A model generated the notes under the pieces. That model was not told the DNA's origin, searched no databases, and was given only the letters and a program-made list of their open reading frames with translations. From the IMG/VR virus record IMGVR_UViG_3300045988_116319: a DNA stretch of 16,738 bases. One strand, written 5' to 3'. Each line of letters opens with the position of its first letter. Position 1 is the stretch's first letter. This document shows, in pieces, positions 12,586-16,738 of this stretch. Origin of the DNA: a virus. Made by a program: the position numbers and the translations under genes.

Positions 12586-14754
12586 CTATTCTGGTAAAAC
12601 TCCGTCTTGAGAGTTTAACAATACTTCGTAGTATTCATTCGTTACACCTAAAGTATAAGTGGTATCAAGGATTCCAATGTTACTAGCCGTTAAAATTTCT
12701 TCCCCGTTTACTTTGATGTAATGGGGTTTCGAGTTGTTAAAGCAACTGATTGTCCGTCCGACATTTTCCATCCGGCGGCAAAGCCGGAAATTATTACAGC
12801 ATTTTAAGTTTTCCGCGCCAAGTTTCTTATTCATTCCAGCGACCGTAGACGTAAAACGCACGGGATCTTTGCCAGATTGTGTTGCTTTTTCGTCCCATTC
12901 CACGCCGCAGTATTTTTTCGCGCCAAGGGTTTTAAACTGAAAATAGAGGTCATCCATATCCCAAACGCCGAGAATGTAACGGTTCTCTCCAACGTCACAA
13001 AACGCCGGAATGTCGTTTTCGATTGCACGTTTGGCAAGTATTTTGTTTTTAGCTTCAAATTCCGGAATGTGTATATCCGGACGCAGAAATTTGATACTGT
13101 CAGTATCGCAGTACACAACATCCATTCCAACCACGTCAAGCATATCTTGTAACTGTTTTCTTGCGTGAGCAGTAACATAGATTCCCCATTGATAGTGCAA
13201 AAAGCTGTTTTTTCCATCATAGTACGTGTTCAGTGCTTTTTCCGCATCTGCTTTTTCCCGATGCCATTCACCCGTAACAGCATCCATTGCCCATTCGTCT
13301 TGCAACAGATCGGTTACGCACATCCCGAATGTACTGTTTAACTTATTTTTAGACTTCATGTATTCGTACACTTTATCGGGGTTTCCTTTCAACTTGCTCT
13401 TTGCGATAAAAAATGACATCATCGTTTTCCGCATACTATCCGGTAACTTTCCGCGCGCGGCTACGTAGCATTCTGACACGGTAAAGAAATCATAGTCATA
13501 TTGATTTTTTATAATCGACAAGTCAATTTCCGTCATTGCTATTTCACAGCAATTCATAGACAATACGCGTCCATTATCAATCACACAATCTTTCCCGTAC
13601 TTCTGACACTTTGACATCGGGATATAAGGGACGGGGATGTTTTCTTTGATACGCAAGTTGTCAAATTGTACCCGCATAATAACACAGCTGGTAGCACACA
13701 AGTTGTCAAACTGTTCCTGCGTTGTGATCTCAACCGCCCGGAACGCACTCATTGGATAATACTCCGTTGCGATCTGCGCCGGATAACTACTCGAGATATC
13801 CATACTACTCATAACGATCGCAGATTCACCTTTTTTCGCCGTGATCGTGTGACCAGCGTGGATGCGGTTAGCGTGCGTATTACCGCCGCGGAACGCATCT
13901 TTGCAGAGTTGGTATTGTGGTAACGTTAAAGCCAGATCGGCAAATACTCCCGGATAATAACCGCTATCTGCCTGCATGGCGCGGCGAAATTCGCGGCGGA
14001 CGTAGCCAGTAGAGGTAAGGGGGATTTCTGCAAGGTTGTCATCTTTTCGTAAGGCGCGGATGCATTCGCACAAACCGCGAACATCATTGTAGCAATATCC
14101 CTGTTCAACGTCCGTTAAAGGTGTTTTTGGTGTACGTAGTTTTTTATAGTCATACGTATCAACCAGTTTATAGTGGGTTACGCCCTCACTGTTTTCACAA
14201 AATTTTGAAAGACTCATGTTGCTTAAAAAATACGAGCATCGAAACTCAATCCCGTATTTATACGCATAACATTTCATAACTTTATGTGCATCCCGCGCAA
14301 AGATTTCATCTAATTCTATGAAATCTTTCATGAACTGAAATTCATACGACAGATTGTGAACGTAGACTACAGCGCGTTTCGTATCAGAAGTGTTCAAATA
14401 CAAATGTAAACCCTCACAGAAAGTAAGAAATTCATTCCAGTTACGTCCGAAACATACAGTATCTTTCAAACAGAACTGCCAGTGGTACATGAAAGCTTCA
14501 CCTTTTACTACTTTTACCCCTGTTTTGTTATAGCGTTCATAATCGAGTTTTTCCAACGTAGTTGTTTCGATGTCAAACGCCATTTCCACGTCATAATAGA
14601 TGATAGGTTTTTTCTTTCTTCCGCGTTTGCGGCATTCTCGCAACGTCTGGTAATCTGAAAAAGGAAAGTCTACAACGGAATATACTGTTTCACGTGAAAC
14701 ATCTTCGATTCCGTTTATGATAACAGGAACATTTAATTCATACATGATATACAC
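12586..14754 (-). CDS. Family-B, protein-primed DNA polymerase (phi29 gp2-like), 722 aa
   Basis: Exo I is FDIETT, Exo II is HNLSYEFQF and Exo III is YCYNDVRGL. Motif A is MDISSSYPAQ, motif B is KLNSTFGMC and motif C is YCDTDSIKF. The KxY motif is LGAKKYCG. Start is GTG 14754 (tracked) or ATG 14745. Confidence 0.93.
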   Translation of the reverse strand: MYIMYELNVPVIINGIEDVSRETVYSVVDFPFSDYQTLRECRKRGRKKKPIIYYDVEMAFDIETTTLEKLDYERYNKTGVKVVKGEAFMYHWQFCLKDTVCFGRNWNEFLTFCEGLHLYLNTSDTKRAVVYVHNLSYEFQFMKDFIELDEIFARDAHKVMKCYAYKYGIEFRCSYFLSNMSLSKFCENSEGVTHYKLVDTYDYKKLRTPKTPLTDVEQGYCYNDVRGLCECIRALRKDDNLAEIPLTSTGYVRREFRRAMQADSGYYPGVFADLALTLPQYQLCKDAFRGGNTHANRIHAGHTITAKKGESAIVMSSMDISSSYPAQIATEYYPMSAFRAVEITTQEQFDNLCATSCVIMRVQFDNLRIKENIPVPYIPMSKCQKYGKDCVIDNGRVLSMNCCEIAMTEIDLSIIKNQYDYDFFTVSECYVAARGKLPDSMRKTMMSFFIAKSKLKGNPDKVYEYMKSKNKLNSTFGMCVTDLLQDEWAMDAVTGEWHREKADAEKALNTYYDGKNSFLHYQWGIYVTAHARKQLQDMLDVVGMDVVYCDTDSIKFLRPDIHIPEFEAKNKILAKRAIENDIPAFCDVGENRYILGVWDMDDLYFQFKTLGAKKYCGVEWDEKATQSGKDPVRFTSTVAGMNKKLGAENLKCCNNFRLCRRMENVGRTISCFNNSKPHYIKVNGEEILTASNIGILDTTYTLGVTNEYYEVLLNSQDGVLPE
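14686..14701. promoter_or_regulatory. parS site 2 (perfect 16-bp ParB/Spo0J consensus palindrome)
   Basis: An exact TGTTTCACGTGAAACA within codons 18-23 of the polymerase gene. It encodes VSRET, the same pentapeptide as at site 1 in the long ATPase reading frame. Confidence 0.75.
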
Positions 14755-15333
14755 TCACTTTAATTTTGTTCTCTTTTTCGCAAATAATTCTTCTTCTGTT
14801 ATATATCCATCGAGAAAATCCTGATATTCGTCAAGAATATCTTCTAACTCAATTCCTCGATCATCTAATTTCGATATAAAATCGTCAATGATCTGATCGG
14901 ATGCCACCTGCTTTCGCAGATTCTTTTTGTATAAATTGGATGTTAGAAAACGATACACGTCTTTATAGTTATCTTCTGTTACTTCTTCCGTAATTTTATT
15001 CTTAGACTTGTCAAAACGTCTCTGCATTTCTGCGATCCGGTATCCCTCCAGTGTGGTTTCTGGAGAATTCAAAAACGCAATCATGGTATCCCATTCCTGC
15101 CGGATGGATGCATCCGAACGTTTAATACCTTTCAAGAAACGATTTTTTTCTCGTCCTTGTGACGCGAAAAACTCCTTTACACGTCCGTATCCCCATTGGT
15201 CGCGTGCGTGTACTTTTTCCAGTTTGGCAAGGCGGCTATTTGCCGCCTGCGCCACACGTGGAAGTTCGCGTTTGATCTGGTCAAGGGATAGGTCGAGTTC
15301 TTGATAGATACTATAGTCTTTTGAGTTCGGCAC
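14755..15333 (-). CDS. Candidate terminal protein (replication primer), 192 aa
   Basis: Assigned by position only. Lies immediately upstream of and abutting the protein-primed polymerase, as gp3 precedes gp2 in phi29. Highly charged and helical, with a basic C-terminus KKRTKLK. GTG start with SD aagggggtgtgaataGTG. Terminal proteins are too divergent for me to recognise by eye. Confidence 0.4.
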   Translation of the reverse strand: MPNSKDYSIYQELDLSLDQIKRELPRVAQAANSRLAKLEKVHARDQWGYGRVKEFFASQGREKNRFLKGIKRSDASIRQEWDTMIAFLNSPETTLEGYRIAEMQRRFDKSKNKITEEVTEDNYKDVYRFLTSNLYKKNLRKQVASDQIIDDFISKLDDRGIELEDILDEYQDFLDGYITEEELFAKKRTKLK

Positions 15334-15346
15334 TATTCACACCCCC

Positions 15347-15694
15347 TTAATAATAACACTCTTCGTTTCCCTCTTTTGAGTACAACGGACACAACGTACA
15401 GTTATCGTTCGCAGAACAGATAACGGAATGTTTGATTTCAATGTAATAAGTTATGTAAGCATAACGAGTGCTTGTGGAATTGTTGGATTTTACAGTAAAT
15501 CCAACGCCAAAACGCCCTTTATATGGTTGTGGATGATATACTGCGTTTTTACGGATGTATCCATTTGTCATTGATGAATGATGATATGCATACACTTTAA
15601 ACTCCGCTCCTACTTTTCTTGTCACATAAAAAGGAAGTTCAGCAACGCTATTCTTCATTTTAATAAATTCTTCATAATTCATTTTTTGATTCAT
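15347..15694 (-). CDS. Hypothetical early protein with C-terminal Cys cluster (115 aa from ATG 15694; track gives 129 aa from TTG 15736)
   Basis: AGAGGA (15710-15705) lies 10 nt upstream of ATG 15694. There is no SD before TTG 15736. The C-terminal CSANDNCTLCPLYSKEGNEEC suggests a small zinc-binding module. Confidence 0.55.
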   Translation of the reverse strand: MNQKMNYEEFIKMKNSVAELPFYVTRKVGAEFKVYAYHHSSMTNGYIRKNAVYHPQPYKGRFGVGFTVKSNNSTSTRYAYITYYIEIKHSVICSANDNCTLCPLYSKEGNEECYY

Positions 15695-15749
15695 TCTTAT
15701 GTTATCCTCTTTTCTCCCGTATTGCCGATAGGTCAACAGATGTTAAGTA

Positions 15750-15938
15750 TTAAATGGAACTGTACAGCGGCGATTCCTTATATAACTCTCTAAAAAGATC
15801 GTCATATGTTACCCACTTAGTAAGAGCTTTTTCCACTGGCACGCTCTTTTGTCCGTATGCTTGCTCCATTCTGTTGAGCATCTCCCAAGAATCATTGCAT
15901 TTTTCATTTAATACGGTTTTAATTTCTTCTGCTGTCAT
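15750..15938 (-). CDS. Hypothetical early protein, 62 aa
   Basis: First gene after the early promoter. SD aaaggaggaaaattaaATG. Small, helical and mildly acidic. Confidence 0.55.
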   Translation of the reverse strand: MTAEEIKTVLNEKCNDSWEMLNRMEQAYGQKSVPVEKALTKWVTYDDLFRELYKESPLYSSI

Positions 15939-15987
15939 TTAATTTTCCTCCTTTTTTGTATTATTGGTTTTCCTTGTTTCTGATATT

Positions 15988-16017
15988 ACAATACCATTTT
16001 TTCTAGAAAAAGTCAAT
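15988..16017 (-). promoter_or_regulatory. Candidate early promoter
   Basis: On the minus strand: TTGACT (16017-16012), an 18-nt spacer, then TATTGT (15993-15988), about 50 nt upstream of the first early ORF. The spacer and upstream flank carry TTCTAGAA palindromes (16001-16008, 16024-16031, 16035-16042). Confidence 0.45.
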
Positions 16018-16049
16018 GCTTTTTTCTAGAAATTTTCTAGAACATATCA

Positions 16050-16738
16050 TTACACACATATTCACGCCGCGCCGTGTCCGTCTCCCGGAAAGCTACAGCC
16101 TCCGACTGTCATCGGCAGACAACCGCGGAGCGTTCGCGCAGCGGATGCAAAGCGCCGTGTCCGTCTCCCGGAAAGCTACATCCTCCAGCTGTCATCGGCA
16201 GACAACCGCGGAGCGTTCGCGGAACGGATGCAAAGCGCCGTGTCCTCACCCGCGGAGAGCTACAGCCTCCAGCTGTCATCGACAGACAACCGCGGAGCGG
16301 ATGCGGAGCGGATGCAAAGCGCCGTGTCCGTCACCCGCGGACACTTTAGCAGACTAAAGTGAGTCCCCGTCTCCGATGTGTCCGCGACCCGCGGACAAAC
16401 GGGCGGTTTTGTCCACTTTCCGGGAAAAATGAGTAAGTATTACGGAAGAATTGTGTGTGAATCGGTCGGAAACCGTGAATATTTGATGAATTGTATAGAC
16501 AATTAGGCGTGACTAACACTTTAGTCGGGTAAAGTGTATTTGTCAAGTTGGAAAAATGCATAAAAATTTCGGGTTTATGTGTTTGAAAAAGTATTGAAAA
16601 GTGAATAAATGCAATGTAATAGTTTGCAAAAGCGGTGTCCGCGTGGGAAAGACACCGCTTTTGTTGTGCATTGTGCTGTCCGCCGTACGCGGACAAAATT
16701 GGGAAAATGTCCGCGTGGGACGGACTATATTTATATTT
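16050..16738. repeat. Right inverted terminal repeat (ITR-R), 689 bp including a 250-bp tandem-repeat expansion
   Basis: 16319-16738 is the reverse complement of 1-420 (one mismatch). 16050-16087 is the reverse complement of 402-439. The intervening sequence is the tandem array, which is absent from ITR-L. Confidence 0.95.
16069..16341. repeat. Tandem direct repeats, 3 full units (83, 83, 84 bp) plus a partial fourth
   Basis: Units start with gcgccgtgtcc at 16069, 16152, 16235 and 16319. Units 1 and 2 are near-identical. Unit 3 diverges at both ends (gtcctcacccgcggagagc, and ggagcggatgcggagcggatgc). The left ITR has only the single junction copy. Confidence 0.9.

Noticed and set aside
12486-12686. 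A 66-aa plus-strand ORF in the AT-rich gap
   Set aside because: It is an Ile/Asn/Lys/Ser-rich product of AT-rich DNA with no SD, and it runs into the 3' end of the polymerase gene in antisense.
15250-15265. A CACGTG-centred sequence that might be a third parS
   Set aside because: Only about 9 of 16 positions match the consensus TGTTTCACGTGAAACA, which is not distinguishable from chance.
16069-16341. Possible CRISPR array
   Set aside because: The repeats are contiguous 83-84-bp units with no unique spacers between them. There is no leader or cas context. This is a simple tandem repeat.
16016-16357. Two overlapping plus-strand ORFs (113 aa and 91 aa) with internally repeated peptide sequence
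   Set aside because: They are read-throughs of the 83-bp tandem DNA repeats in two frames. They have no SD, low-complexity Arg/Ser/Cys/Pro-rich products, and lie on the strand opposite to all real genes.

Overview
The window looks like a complete 16,738-bp linear dsDNA genome of a small phi29-like podophage (protein-primed, Picovirinae/Salasmaviridae type) infecting a Gram-positive (Bacillota) host. Long inverted terminal repeats reach both window edges: 439 bp on the left and 689 bp on the right. The right copy carries an extra 250-bp array of three ~83-bp tandem units. All credible genes are on the minus strand, tightly packed, mostly with Shine-Dalgarno sites and often with overlapping stop/start codons. 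Read right to left, the order is as follows. First come two small early ORFs, a candidate terminal protein, a family-B protein-primed DNA polymerase, an unannotated 40-codon membrane peptide, a 78-aa ORF and a T7 gp2.5/DUF2815-like SSB candidate, ending at an intrinsic terminator. Next is the encapsidation ATPase, then a promoter with a structured leader. The lysis block follows: a 96-aa ORF, a BhlA-like holin, an Amidase_5+SH3b endolysin and an Amidase_5+tail-lysozyme virion lysin. The structural genes close the series: scaffold, major capsid, tail knob, portal, lower collar and a 778-aa tail fibre/appendage. The signals most worth a second look are these. (1) Two perfect copies of the 16-bp bacterial ParB/Spo0J parS consensus TGTTTCACGTGAAACA sit at the 5' ends of the ATPase and polymerase genes. 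(2) The ITRs are saturated with a GTCCGCG/CGCGGAC motif arranged as hairpins, they start with a reiterated AAATAT AAATAT terminus, and the two copies differ in length. (3) A promoter-proximal leader with interleaved 11-bp and 9-bp helices plus a U-tract lies upstream of the lysis/structural block. (4) A 283-bp non-coding gap holds a terminator and three 11-bp phased repeats. (5) A triple TTCTAGAA operator-like array brackets the early promoter. (6) GC content drops sharply across the distal 80 percent of the tail-fibre gene. No tRNA, rRNA, CRISPR, integrase or transposase was seen.
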